A stretch of 64,000 bases of DNA, taken from positions 76,297-140,296 of the forward strand of contig JBOGKM010000098.1 of the NCBI GenBank assembly GCA_050747745.1, in the 5' to 3' direction. Below are positions 26,833 through 35,666 of this stretch, piece after piece. Within the stretch, counting starts at the first letter, position 1. The number at the start of each line of letters is the position of its first letter. Made by a program: the position numbers and the translations under genes. The notes below the pieces were generated by a model. That model was given only the letters and a program-made list of their open reading frames with translations. It did no database searches and was not told the DNA's origin. The stretch comes from Terriglobales bacterium. GTDB lineage: Bacteria > Acidobacteriota > Terriglobia > Terriglobales > SCQP01.

Positions 26833-27636
26833 CTACTTCTTCAGCGGCTTGGGGATAAACAGCGAATCGGGAAAAGGGGCAAAGCTGATTTGGGTATAGT
26901 AGCGCTGCGCCAGCCGCTGCGGTCCCTGGTAAGTGTCCACGGAAAAAGCCGCTTCAATGCCCCCGATCGAGGCCCAGTCGCCATAGACGACCGACTGGAC
27001 GTAGCGGCCGCCAGTGTCGGGATCGGTGCGGGTCCAGTACACCCGCTCCGGCAGATGGGTATCGCGCGCAAACTGCACGGTGGCGGAAACGCCTTGCGGG
27101 TTGGTGAACAGCACCGCATTCACAGGCGCTTCATCGTAGCTCTGCTGGCCCTGAGCAAGCATCAGGGTCTGGGGATTCGCCGCCCACGATTTTAAGATCA
27201 CGTCGAGGGAATGCCGGCTTTCTTCTACGTAGTTGCGCAGCGCCGGGCGCAGCATGGGCGCCACCCCGCGGAAGGTGATCTGCCAGCCCTTGCCGCCGGC
27301 AAAAATATAGATCACGTTGCGCTTTTTGGTGAGTTCCAGCCGCTCGTCGGCGGGAAAGCGGTAGTAGGACCAGAAGCGATTGCCGGCGCCATTCATCTCG
27401 CCCGCCGAGCTGAAGGTGTAGTAGTAGCCCTGGCCGCTGCGCTCGGCGGCCTGCAGGTACATATCACCGCCCAAGGCCCCAATCGCTTGCCGGACAATGC
27501 GGCGGGCCTGCGCCGCGGCGGGGGTGGGCGCGGCCGCCTGCGCAGACAGCGCCGGGCGGAGCGGCAGCCGCGGCAGCGTCAGCGCCAGTGCGAGCAGCAG
27601 CAAGGGGAGCCGGAATAGCATCAGCATGAGCCCCAA
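26833..27636 (-). CDS. Secreted hypothetical protein
   Basis: Signal peptide MGLMLMLFRLPLLLLALALTLP, with coding-like composition throughout. No motif that I recognise. It sits 6 nt downstream of uvrD/pcrA on the same strand. Confidence 0.6.
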   Translation of the reverse strand: MGLMLMLFRLPLLLLALALTLPRLPLRPALSAQAAAPTPAAAQARRIVRQAIGALGGDMYLQAAERSGQGYYYTFSSAGEMNGAGNRFWSYYRFPADERLELTKKRNVIYIFAGGKGWQITFRGVAPMLRPALRNYVEESRHSLDVILKSWAANPQTLMLAQGQQSYDEAPVNAVLFTNPQGVSATVQFARDTHLPERVYWTRTDPDTGGRYVQSVVYGDWASIGGIEAAFSVDTYQGPQRLAQRYYTQISFAPFPDSLFIPKPLKK

Positions 27637-27642
27637 GCGCGC

Positions 27643-29967
27643 TTAGACCGGCACCAACCCTGCCACTTTTTCCAGCAGCTTGCGCAGCCCAAAACCGGGA
27701 AACGAGATGGTGAGCTTAGTGTGTTCGCCTTCGCCTTCAATCTGCAACACCGTTCCGACGCCGAAGCTGGCATGGCGCACCCGCGCGCCCGCATGCCAGC
27801 GGCTGCCGGAGGACACGGCCGCGGCAGGCGCCACTACTGGCTGAGGCCTGCCGCGAGCGTGCTCTGCGGTTAGCTCCCCGGCGGGCGGCTCGGGCCGCCC
27901 AGCCGGACCCGGGTGCCGGAAAAACTGGTGGATGCTTTCCACCGAGTTGTAGGTATGACGAAAGCCGGCGCCCGATGGTTTCAATCCGCCGCGTTCCCAA
28001 CCCGGGGTGCTCGGACGCAGTTCGACCGGCGACTGGTCGTCGAGCAGCGCCGCCGGTACTTCCGCCAAAAAGCGCGAGGGCACGCTGGGCTCGTAGCTCT
28101 GCCCCCCAAACCGCCGCCTGCGGGCGGCGTGGGTTAAGGCCAGCTCGCGCCGCGCACGCGTCATGCCGACATAGCAGAGCCGGCGCTCTTCTTCCAGAGC
28201 GGCCGGCGAGTTGAGGGTCCGGCTGTGGGGAAACAGGCCCTCTTCCAGACCGGCCAGAAAAACGCTGTCGAACTCCAGGCCCTTGGCCGCATGCAGGCTC
28301 ATCAGCTGCACCCGCGCCTGCTCGTCGTAGCCGTCCTGATCGCTTACCAGCGCCGCATGATCGAGGAAAGCCGCGGCCGATTCGCCGCGCGCGGCGGCAT
28401 CGGCGGCGGCGTTGACCAGTTCGCCCAGGTTTTCCAGGTGCGCTTCGGCTTCCGGCGTGGCTTCCTCGCGCAGCCGCTGGAGGTAGCCGCTGCGTTCCAG
28501 CGCCTGGCGCAGCAGCGCATCCGGCGGCGCCGCGGCCAGCGCCAGGGTGCGCAGCTCGGCCATCAGTTGGTAGAAGGCGGCCAGCGGCCGCAGCGCCCGC
28601 GGGCTGAAGCCGGCGCCGCCTTCCAGCGCCGCCGCGGCCGCTTCCAGGCAGGTGGCGTTGCGCTCGCGCATCAGCCGTTCGAGCGCCTCCACGGTAGTCT
28701 TACCGATGCCGCGCGCGGGGGTATTGATGATGCGCAGCCAGGCCATCGAATCGGCGGGATTGAGGGCGGCGCGCAGGTAGGCGAGCAGATCGCGCACTTC
28801 CGCACGCTCGTAAAAGCTGAACCCGCCCAGCACCCGGTAGGCGATGCCGCGGCGCCGCAGCGCTTCTTCAAATAAGCGGGATTGCGCGTTGGTGCGGTAG
28901 AGCACCGCGATCGCCGGCGGCGGCGCCGCCGCCAGGCGCGCGGCAATGGCATCGGCCACCCAAGCCGCTTCCTGCTCGGAATCCGGCGCCTGGCAGCAGG
29001 CGATGGCGGCGCCCGGGGCGGCTTCGGTCCACAGCTGCTTGCCTTTGCGCTCGCGGTTGTTGGCCACCACGCTCGAGGCCGCTGTCAGAATGTTTTTGGT
29101 CGAGCGGTAGTTCTGCTCCAGGCGAATGACCCGGGCACCGGCGTAGTCGCGCTCAAAATCCAGAATATTGCGGATGTCGGCGCCGCGCCAGGAGTAGATG
29201 CTCTGGTCTTCGTCGCCCACCACGCACAGGTTCTGGGTCTGGTGGGTGAGCAGGCGCAGCAGCTCGTACTGGGGACGGTTGGTGTCCTGATACTCGTCCA
29301 CCAACAGGTAGCGATAGCGCTGGTTGTAGCGCGCCGCGGTTTCCTCGCTCTGGCGCAGCAGGCGTTCGGTTTCAAGCAGCAGGTCGTCAAAGTCGAGTGC
29401 GTGCGCCAGTTTCAGCCCCGCCTGGTAGCGCTCGTAGACCACCGCCAGCCGTTCGGAGTTGGGGTCGGCGGCGTGCTCACGCAACTGTTGCGGACTCCAA
29501 CCGCGGTTTTTGGCCGTCCCGATCCGGCTCAATACCGCCCGCGGCGCAAACGCCTTCTCATCCAGTCCCAGGCCGGAAAGCACGGTTTTGAGCAGCCGCA
29601 ACTGCTCGTCGTCGGCGTAGATGACAAAATCGGTGCGCCCGCCGATGGCGGCGTAGTCGCGCCGCAGACTGCGCACGCAAAAGGCATGAAAGGTGGAAAT
29701 TTCCGGCTGCGCCCAAGCCTCGTAGTCGAGCAGCGCCGCCACTCGTTGCTGCATCTCCTGAGCCGCCTTGTTGGTAAACGTCATCGCCAGAATGGACTGC
29801 GGCGGAGTACGATAATGGGCGATCAGGTGGACGATGCGGTGGGTAAGGACGCGGGTTTTGCCGCTGCCAGCACCCGCCAAAATCAGCAGCGGCCCGGAAA
29901 CGTGCTCTACCGCGGCCCGCTGTTGCGGGTTGAGTGCCGACAAACGCGCTGGAGCTATCGCAGCCAC
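27643..29967 (-). CDS. pcrA: ATP-dependent DNA helicase (UvrD/PcrA family)
   Basis: Walker A AGAGSGKTRVLTHR, LLVDEYQDTN, VGDEDQSIYSWRGA, TLHAAKGLEF-type (SLHAAKGLEF), VGMTRAR. GTG start. Confidence 0.92.
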   Translation of the reverse strand: MAAIAPARLSALNPQQRAAVEHVSGPLLILAGAGSGKTRVLTHRIVHLIAHYRTPPQSILAMTFTNKAAQEMQQRVAALLDYEAWAQPEISTFHAFCVRSLRRDYAAIGGRTDFVIYADDEQLRLLKTVLSGLGLDEKAFAPRAVLSRIGTAKNRGWSPQQLREHAADPNSERLAVVYERYQAGLKLAHALDFDDLLLETERLLRQSEETAARYNQRYRYLLVDEYQDTNRPQYELLRLLTHQTQNLCVVGDEDQSIYSWRGADIRNILDFERDYAGARVIRLEQNYRSTKNILTAASSVVANNRERKGKQLWTEAAPGAAIACCQAPDSEQEAAWVADAIAARLAAAPPPAIAVLYRTNAQSRLFEEALRRRGIAYRVLGGFSFYERAEVRDLLAYLRAALNPADSMAWLRIINTPARGIGKTTVEALERLMRERNATCLEAAAAALEGGAGFSPRALRPLAAFYQLMAELRTLALAAAPPDALLRQALERSGYLQRLREEATPEAEAHLENLGELVNAAADAAARGESAAAFLDHAALVSDQDGYDEQARVQLMSLHAAKGLEFDSVFLAGLEEGLFPHSRTLNSPAALEEERRLCYVGMTRARRELALTHAARRRRFGGQSYEPSVPSRFLAEVPAALLDDQSPVELRPSTPGWERGGLKPSGAGFRHTYNSVESIHQFFRHPGPAGRPEPPAGELTAEHARGRPQPVVAPAAAVSSGSRWHAGARVRHASFGVGTVLQIEGEGEHTKLTISFPGFGLRKLLEKVAGLVPV

Positions 29968-29974
29968 CTAGTGT

Positions 29975-29980
29975 AGTTTA
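29975..29980 (-). promoter_or_regulatory. -10-like hexamer TAAACT, 7 nt upstream of the helicase GTG
   Basis: Read from the sequence. Confidence 0.25.
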
Positions 29981-30013
29981 GCAACCGGATTTGCTTCGAT
30001 CGCCGGCGGCGGC

Positions 30014-31300
30014 ATGTACCTGCTTTATTCGCTACTTTTATCGTTGGGGCTGGGGGCCATGCTTCCCCTGTTCTGGCTGCGCAATGCCCCCGATGGGCGC
30101 TACACGCGCTTTCTGGGCGAACGTTTGGGCGGGCTGGCGCCGCTGGCGGCGCCCGGAGCAATCTGGGTCCACGCAGTATCGGTGGGTGAAGCGTTGGCGG
30201 TGGAGCGACTGATCGCACAACTGCAACTCCGCTTCCCCGACCGGCCCGTAGTCCTTTCGGTCACCACGGCGGCGGGCCGCGCGCTGGCGGAGCGGCGCAT
30301 CGGTGCCGCGCGCATTTTCTACTTTCCCCTGGATTTCCGCATGGCCGCGCGGCGCAGCTTGCGCGCCCTGCATCCGGCGCTAGTGTTGATTACCGAAACC
30401 GAAATCTGGCCCAATTTCCTGCGCGCCGCCGCCCAGGATGGGATTCCGGTGATGTTTCTTAACGGCCGCATTTCCGGCCGCAGCTTCGCCCGCTACCAGA
30501 TGATCCGGCGCCTGTTGCGGCCTGTGCTGCAGCCAGTGCGGGCCTTTCTGATGCAGACCGCAACCGATGCCGAGCGCGTGCTGGCGCTGGGCGCGGCGCC
30601 GGAGCGGGTGCAGGTGGCGGGCAACCTGAAATTCGATCTGGTGCCGCCCGAGCGGCCCGGATTTGTGCGCTGGCTCGCCGCCGAGCTGGCGCGGGCGGGA
30701 ATTGGCGAAGTTGTGGTGGCGGGCAGCACCATGGAAGGGGAAGAACCGCTGTTGCTGGAGGCGTGGCAGCATCTGAGCCGCCACGATCGCCTGCTGGTGC
30801 TGGCGCCACGGCATCCGCAGCGGTTTGCGGCGGTGGCGGCGCTGCTGGCGGCCTCGGGGCTGGGCTGGTCGCGGCGCTCGCAGTGGAAGGGCGAAGCGGA
30901 AGCGCAACTGCCGCCAGGCGGCGTGTTGCTGCTGGATTCCCTTGGCGAGCTGGCCTCGGCGTTTGAGCTGGCCACAGTAGCGTACGTGGGTGGCAGCCTC
31001 ACACCAAATGGCGGCCACAACCTGCTGGAGCCGGCCTATTGGGGCGTGCCGCTCACCTTTGGCCCGCACATGCAAAACTTTGCCGCTATCGCCGAACAGT
31101 TTCTGGCGGCCGGGGCGGCGCACGAAGCCTCGAGCAGTTTCGAGCTGGAACGGGTGTGGCAGCGTCTGCTTGAGGACCCGGAAGAACGCCGGCGCACCGG
31201 CGCCGCCGCGCGCGCGCTACTGGCGTCGCAACGCGGCGCCACCGAGCGCGCGCTGGACGCAATTGCCGCTGTACTGCAAGCGGTGCCAAACTCGGGGTAG
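30014..31300 (+). CDS. waaA: 3-deoxy-D-manno-octulosonic acid (Kdo) transferase
   Basis: N-terminal anchor MYLLYSLLLSLGLGAMLPLFWL, then IWVHAVSVGEALA, ETEIWPN and GGSL...GGHNLLEPA. Confidence 0.9.
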   Translation: MYLLYSLLLSLGLGAMLPLFWLRNAPDGRYTRFLGERLGGLAPLAAPGAIWVHAVSVGEALAVERLIAQLQLRFPDRPVVLSVTTAAGRALAERRIGAARIFYFPLDFRMAARRSLRALHPALVLITETEIWPNFLRAAAQDGIPVMFLNGRISGRSFARYQMIRRLLRPVLQPVRAFLMQTATDAERVLALGAAPERVQVAGNLKFDLVPPERPGFVRWLAAELARAGIGEVVVAGSTMEGEEPLLLEAWQHLSRHDRLLVLAPRHPQRFAAVAALLAASGLGWSRRSQWKGEAEAQLPPGGVLLLDSLGELASAFELATVAYVGGSLTPNGGHNLLEPAYWGVPLTFGPHMQNFAAIAEQFLAAGAAHEASSSFELERVWQRLLEDPEERRRTGAAARALLASQRGATERALDAIAAVLQAVPNSG

Positions 31301-31327
31301 CCAGCTTCGACGGCCTGCACGCCGGGG

Positions 31328-31333
31328 TAGAAT
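31328..31333 (+). promoter_or_regulatory. -10-like hexamer TAGAAT, 6 nt upstream of the TPR-protein GTG
   Basis: Read from the sequence. Confidence 0.3.
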
Positions 31334-31339
31334 CGGGAA

Positions 31340-32557
31340 GTGAGCAGCGAATGCAGTGCCGGGATCGCTGATTTCGAGGTGAGCGTGCTCGCCGAGGCGG
31401 CGCCGCCCCCTCCGCCGGGCACCGGGGCAGGCGTAGCGCGCGTGCTGGCCACCGCGCTGGAGCGGGCCGGCCTCGCGGCCGCGAGCACCATTGCGGGCCA
31501 GCTCTGGATCAGCGATCGCTGGCAGGCGGAAATCATCATTAGCGACCAGCGCCGGGCGGAGGAAGCGCCGTTTGCCCTCGGCCACCACCTGCTGGCGCGC
31601 CTGGCCGAGTTTGCCGCCCGCGCCTGCGGAGGCGAGCTAGGCACTCCGGTGCTCACCAGCTTTGAGGATCTGGCCACCGCCGCACCCGCCGCCCTGCTGC
31701 ACTATCTGGCCGGCTACGCCCAGGGCGGAGCAGAACGGCAGCAGCTGTGGCGGCGCGGCTTTGAACTCGATCCCAAACTGGTGGCGCTGCGCACCGGTGT
31801 CGCCGCCGAATTGCTGGCCGAAGGACGCAGCGAGGCGGCGGCAGCGCTGCTGGCCGGCACGGCGGTTGCGGACGGGTTTGCCGCCGCCGAGCTGGGCATT
31901 GGGTTGTGGGCGGCGGGCGAGACCACCGTCAGCCAGCAACTGCTGCAGGCAGCGGTGCGGACGAATCCGGAAAACGGGCTGGTGCTGGCGGCGCTGGCGG
32001 CCTTGTTGGCCGAACACGCAGCGGGCAGCGACGAAGCCAGCCATGCCGCCTGGGACGAGGCGCTGCTGCTGGCCAGCCAGGCAACGCAGTTGGCGGGGGA
32101 GGATTTCCGCACCTGGGCGGCGCTGGCCGCGGTGCATCGCGCCGGCGGGGACTTCGAGCAGGCGGGCTTTTACTACGGGTTTGCGCTGCGCCTGGCGCCC
32201 GACGCGCCCAGCGTGCTCAAGGATGCCAGCGCCTGCTGGCTGGCAGCGCACAAGCCGCGCCAGGCGCTGCCGCTGATTGAGCGCGCGCGCCAGGTGGCGC
32301 CCGCCGACGCCGAAAACGCCGGCAATCTTGCCTTTGCACATCGCTTGCTGGGCGAGCGCGGCGCGGCGCTGCAGGCGGCCCGCACCGCCGCCCGGTTGGC
32401 GCCCGGCGATGCCCGCCTGCACGTGTTGCACGGGGAAGTGGCTCTGGAGGCGGGCGAACGCGAGGAAGCGCTGGAGGCCTGGGCGCGCGCGGCCGAGCTC
32501 GAACCCGCGCTCACCATTAATCCGGAAGGCGGCAACCTGGGACTGGAGGCAGGATGA
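31340..32557 (+). CDS. TPR-repeat protein
   Basis: 405 aa, Ala/Leu-rich with repeated helical-hairpin patterns (AGDFEQAGFYYGFALRLAPDAP, ENAGNLAFAHRLLGERGAALQAARTAARLAPGDA). Its stop overlaps the rhodanese start. Confidence 0.7.
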   Translation: MSSECSAGIADFEVSVLAEAAPPPPPGTGAGVARVLATALERAGLAAASTIAGQLWISDRWQAEIIISDQRRAEEAPFALGHHLLARLAEFAARACGGELGTPVLTSFEDLATAAPAALLHYLAGYAQGGAERQQLWRRGFELDPKLVALRTGVAAELLAEGRSEAAAALLAGTAVADGFAAAELGIGLWAAGETTVSQQLLQAAVRTNPENGLVLAALAALLAEHAAGSDEASHAAWDEALLLASQATQLAGEDFRTWAALAAVHRAGGDFEQAGFYYGFALRLAPDAPSVLKDASACWLAAHKPRQALPLIERARQVAPADAENAGNLAFAHRLLGERGAALQAARTAARLAPGDARLHVLHGEVALEAGEREEALEAWARAAELEPALTINPEGGNLGLEAG

Positions 32558-32898
32558 AGGTACCAGAAGCATTGGACATCGAAATCAGCGTGGACGAGCT
32601 GGCGCGCCGCCGCGGGGCGGGCGAGACCTTGGCGCTGCTCGACGTGCGCGAGGATTGGGAGTTCGAGCAGGCGCACCTGGACGGGGCCGAACACATTCCC
32701 CTGGCACAACTGCCGCTGCACCTGGAGCAGATGCAGCAGCGCGCCCAGGAAGAAATCATCTGCTACTGCCACTCCGGCCGCCGCAGCCTCAACGCCGCCG
32801 ACTGGCTGCGCCGTTGCGGATGTGCGCGCGCGCGCTCGCTGGCGGGCGGCATTGACGCCTGGAGCGTCGCGGTGGACTCGTCCATACCGCGTTATTGA
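32554..32898 (+). CDS. Rhodanese-like single-domain sulfurtransferase
   Basis: LLDVREDWEF...AEHIPL... and the active-site loop CYCHSGRRS. Confidence 0.88.
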   Translation: MKVPEALDIEISVDELARRRGAGETLALLDVREDWEFEQAHLDGAEHIPLAQLPLHLEQMQQRAQEEIICYCHSGRRSLNAADWLRRCGCARARSLAGGIDAWSVAVDSSIPRY

Positions 32899-32909
32899 AG
32901 CGGCCGCTG

Positions 32910-33293
32910 TCAGTGCAGGCCGAGCCGTCCGAGAATCACGGTGAGGATGATCACGCCCAGCACCGTGCCGCACACCAGCACGAACTTGCGGTCGCGGTCG
33001 ACCCAGAACGCCAGCAACGCCAGACACACCCGCGACACCGGCGTAAGGATCAGCACCACGGTTGCGGCCAGCATGAGCGCGGTGGGATCGAAATGCAGCA
33101 GGCCGCGCCAGAACGCTGTCCATCCCAGCGAGGGCGGCGGACCGAGAGAGATGACCGTGTGCCGTCTCAACGCCAGCACCACACCGGCGGCAAACAGCAC
33201 CGAGCTGGCCACCATACCCCACAGCAGGGCTTTATAAACCACGGCGTAGACATTGGGCGGGGCTTCGTGCAGGCGGTTTTGCGGGCTGGCCAT
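32910..33293 (-). CDS. DUF1634-type small membrane protein (partner of TauE/SafE)
   Basis: The real start is MASPQNRLHEAPPNVYAVVYKALLWGMVASSVLF. It has four hydrophobic segments and lies immediately downstream of the TauE-family gene. The upstream 120 codons of the track ORF overlap that gene. Confidence 0.7.
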   Translation of the reverse strand: MASPQNRLHEAPPNVYAVVYKALLWGMVASSVLFAAGVVLALRRHTVISLGPPPSLGWTAFWRGLLHFDPTALMLAATVVLILTPVSRVCLALLAFWVDRDRKFVLVCGTVLGVIILTVILGRLGLH

Positions 33294-33298
33294 CGGCT

Positions 33299-34195
33299 TT
33301 AGCTCCCCAGGCTGGGCAAAACCACATGGAAGCGCAGCGCCAGCGCCTTGACCAGCATGCCGTAGGCGAGATAAATCATGAGCGCGGTGAAGATACGCTT
33401 GAGCATCACCGAGCGCAGGCGGTTCATGACGAGGGTGCCGATGGTGGCGCCGGTGGTCGTTCCCAGCGCCACCGGAGCGACCACGTAGAAATGGATGAGG
33501 CCGGCCAGGTAGAACAGAATCGAACCCACCGCCGCCGTGACCCCGATCATCATCTTGCTGGTGCCCACCGCGGCTTTCATGGGCACGTTCATGTAGCGGT
33601 TCATGGCCGAAACCTTGAGCACGCCGCCGCCCACGCCCAGCAGTCCGCTGCACACGCCCGCCAGATACGAGATTCCCAAGCCCACGCCGCAGCCGTTGAC
33701 CACGTAATCCACTTCGCGGTCGAGCGCCTCGTCATGGTAGCGCCCGCTCAGTTCCAGCCGGCGCGACCAGGCGTCGGGCGCGGCGGTGGCGTAGGCGCCG
33801 GCGGCGATGAGCCGGTCATCGCGATGGCGGGTCACAAACGCCGTCCAGGCCATGTAGGCCAGCAAGGCGGCAAACAGCAGCAGCATCAGCCATTCCTTCA
33901 AATACAGCGCCAGCACGCTGCCGCTGAGCGCGCCGATGGTGGTGGCCACTTCCAGAAACATGCCCAGGCGCAAATTGGTGATGTGCTGCTCGACGTAGCT
34001 GGAGCCGCCCGCATTGCTGGTAGCAATCACCGAAACCAGGCTGGCGGCGACGGCGATCTTGATGGGCAGATGAAACATCAACACCAGCGCGGGCACGATG
34101 AAAATGCCGCCGCCCACGCCCAGCAGCGCGCCTAAAAAACCGGCGCAGACGGCGGCGGCGAACAGGACGACAACAAAATGCAGGCTGTAGGCCAT
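33299..34195 (-). CDS. TauE/SafE (TSUP) family sulfite/anion exporter
   Basis: The real start is MAYSLHFVVVLFAAAVCAGFLGALLGVGGGIFIVPALV. A second GVGGG repeat (LLGVGGGVLKVSAM) is typical of the duplicated TSUP fold. Confidence 0.85.
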   Translation of the reverse strand: MAYSLHFVVVLFAAAVCAGFLGALLGVGGGIFIVPALVLMFHLPIKIAVAASLVSVIATSNAGGSSYVEQHITNLRLGMFLEVATTIGALSGSVLALYLKEWLMLLLFAALLAYMAWTAFVTRHRDDRLIAAGAYATAAPDAWSRRLELSGRYHDEALDREVDYVVNGCGVGLGISYLAGVCSGLLGVGGGVLKVSAMNRYMNVPMKAAVGTSKMMIGVTAAVGSILFYLAGLIHFYVVAPVALGTTTGATIGTLVMNRLRSVMLKRIFTALMIYLAYGMLVKALALRFHVVLPSLGS

Positions 34196-34223
34196 GGCGG
34201 CGGGGAGTCCACAGGATAGGTGA

Positions 34224-34259
34224 TTTTTCCACCACTTGCACAGGCTGTGGGTGGAAAAA
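34224..34259. repeat. Perfect 10-bp inverted repeat TTTTTCCACC-N16-GGTGGAAAAA in the tauE/dnaB divergent region
   Basis: Read from the sequence. The arms are 34224-34233 and 34250-34259. Confidence 0.6.
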
Positions 34260-34293
34260 ATGTGAATGTTGGCGTCCGGGCGCGGGCGTGCGC

Positions 34294-34299
34294 TACCAT
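34294..34299 (+). promoter_or_regulatory. -10-like hexamer TACCAT, 8 nt upstream of the dnaB ATG
   Basis: Read from the sequence. Confidence 0.25.
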
Positions 34300-34307
34300 G
34301 CTCGCTC

Positions 34308-35666
34308 ATGGCCATCGCCGACCAGCTTGCCGCCCAGGGCTTGCCCGCCAACCTCACCGCCGAACGCTCGCTGCTGGGCGCCATCCTGCTGGACAGTTAT
34401 CACTACTTCTCCACCGCCGATGTGCTCACTCCCGGCGATTTCCATCTGGAGGCGCACCGTAAGATTTACCGCGCCATGCGCGCGCTGACGGCGCGCAGCG
34501 TGGCGCTGGATTTCATTACGCTGGGCGAGGAGCTGGAGCGCCAGCACGATCTGGAAGCCGCCGGCGGGCACGTCTACCTGACTTCGCTCACCGAAGGCCT
34601 GCCGCGCTCGATCAACGCCGAACACTACGCCCGCATCGTGAAAGGCCGCGCCGTCGAGCGCGAGCTGCTGGGAGTGGCGCAGGAGGTGACCCAGGCGGTG
34701 CTTTCCGGCCAGACCGGCGATGCCGTGCTGGAGCTGGCGCAGCAGCGCATTTTCGCCATCGCCGTGGACCGGGTGCAACAGGGACTGACCAGCGTGGGCA
34801 GCCTGACGGGGGAGATCATCGCCAAGCTCGACCAGCTCCACGGCCAGGAAATCAGCGGCCTGCGCACCGGATTCACCAAGCTGGATGAGATCACCACAGG
34901 GCTGCAGCCGGCCGATCTGGTCATCATCGCCGGGCGCCCCTCGATGGGCAAGACCTCGTTCGCCGTGAATATCGTGGAAAACGCGGCGCTGCAGTATGGC
35001 AAAACGGCGGCCGTGTTCAGCCTGGAAATGTCGCGCGTGCAACTGGTGCTGCGCATGCTGTGCTCGCAGGCGCGGGTGAACGCCAAAGCGCTGCGCAGCG
35101 GCTTTTTGGGGCGCCAGGACATTGCCGCCCTCACCCAAGCGGCGGGCCGGCTGGCGCAGGCGGGGATTTACATTGACGACACCTCGGGCATTGATCTGGC
35201 CGGCCTGCGCGCCAAGTGCCGGCGCCTGGGAGCCGAACTGGCCGCCCAGTCGCCGCCGCGCCGGCTCGATCTGGTGGTGGTGGATTATCTGCAGCTCATG
35301 GGCTCGAGCGGGCGCGCGGAGAACCGCAATCTGGAAGTCAGCGCCATCTCGCGCGGGATGAAGATCCTGGCCAAGGAGCTGAACTGTCCGGTGGTGGTGC
35401 TCTCCCAGCTCAGCCGCGCTCCCGAGCAACGCACCGGCAACCACGAACCCATCCTCAGCGACCTGCGCGAATCCGGCGCCATCGAGCAGGACGCCGATCT
35501 GGTGGCCTTCATCTACCGCGACGAAGTCTATCACCGTGATTCGGAAGATCAGGGCAAGGCCAAAATCATCATCGCCAAACAGCGCAACGGCCCCATCGGC
35601 GACATCCATCTGGCTTTTTTGCGCGAGTACACGCGTTTTGAAAACCTGGCCGAGGATGCCGAATGA
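34308..35666 (+). CDS. dnaB: Replicative DNA helicase
   Basis: MAIADQLAAQGLPANLTAERSLLGAILLD, Walker A AGRPSMGKTSFAVN, VVDYLQLM, SQLSRAPEQR, LRESGAIEQDADLV. Confidence 0.93.
   Translation: MAIADQLAAQGLPANLTAERSLLGAILLDSYHYFSTADVLTPGDFHLEAHRKIYRAMRALTARSVALDFITLGEELERQHDLEAAGGHVYLTSLTEGLPRSINAEHYARIVKGRAVERELLGVAQEVTQAVLSGQTGDAVLELAQQRIFAIAVDRVQQGLTSVGSLTGEIIAKLDQLHGQEISGLRTGFTKLDEITTGLQPADLVIIAGRPSMGKTSFAVNIVENAALQYGKTAAVFSLEMSRVQLVLRMLCSQARVNAKALRSGFLGRQDIAALTQAAGRLAQAGIYIDDTSGIDLAGLRAKCRRLGAELAAQSPPRRLDLVVVDYLQLMGSSGRAENRNLEVSAISRGMKILAKELNCPVVVLSQLSRAPEQRTGNHEPILSDLRESGAIEQDADLVAFIYRDEVYHRDSEDQGKAKIIIAKQRNGPIGDIHLAFLREYTRFENLAEDAE

Noticed and set aside
34224-34259. Inverted repeat considered as a bidirectional Rho-independent terminator or as DnaA boxes / an origin
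   Set aside because: Both flanking genes are transcribed away from it, so there is nothing to terminate. The T and A runs are part of the stem rather than a trailing U-tract. Only two weak DnaA-box-like matches are present, with no AT-rich unwinding element or dnaA/dnaN context. It is kept only as an operator/hairpin candidate.
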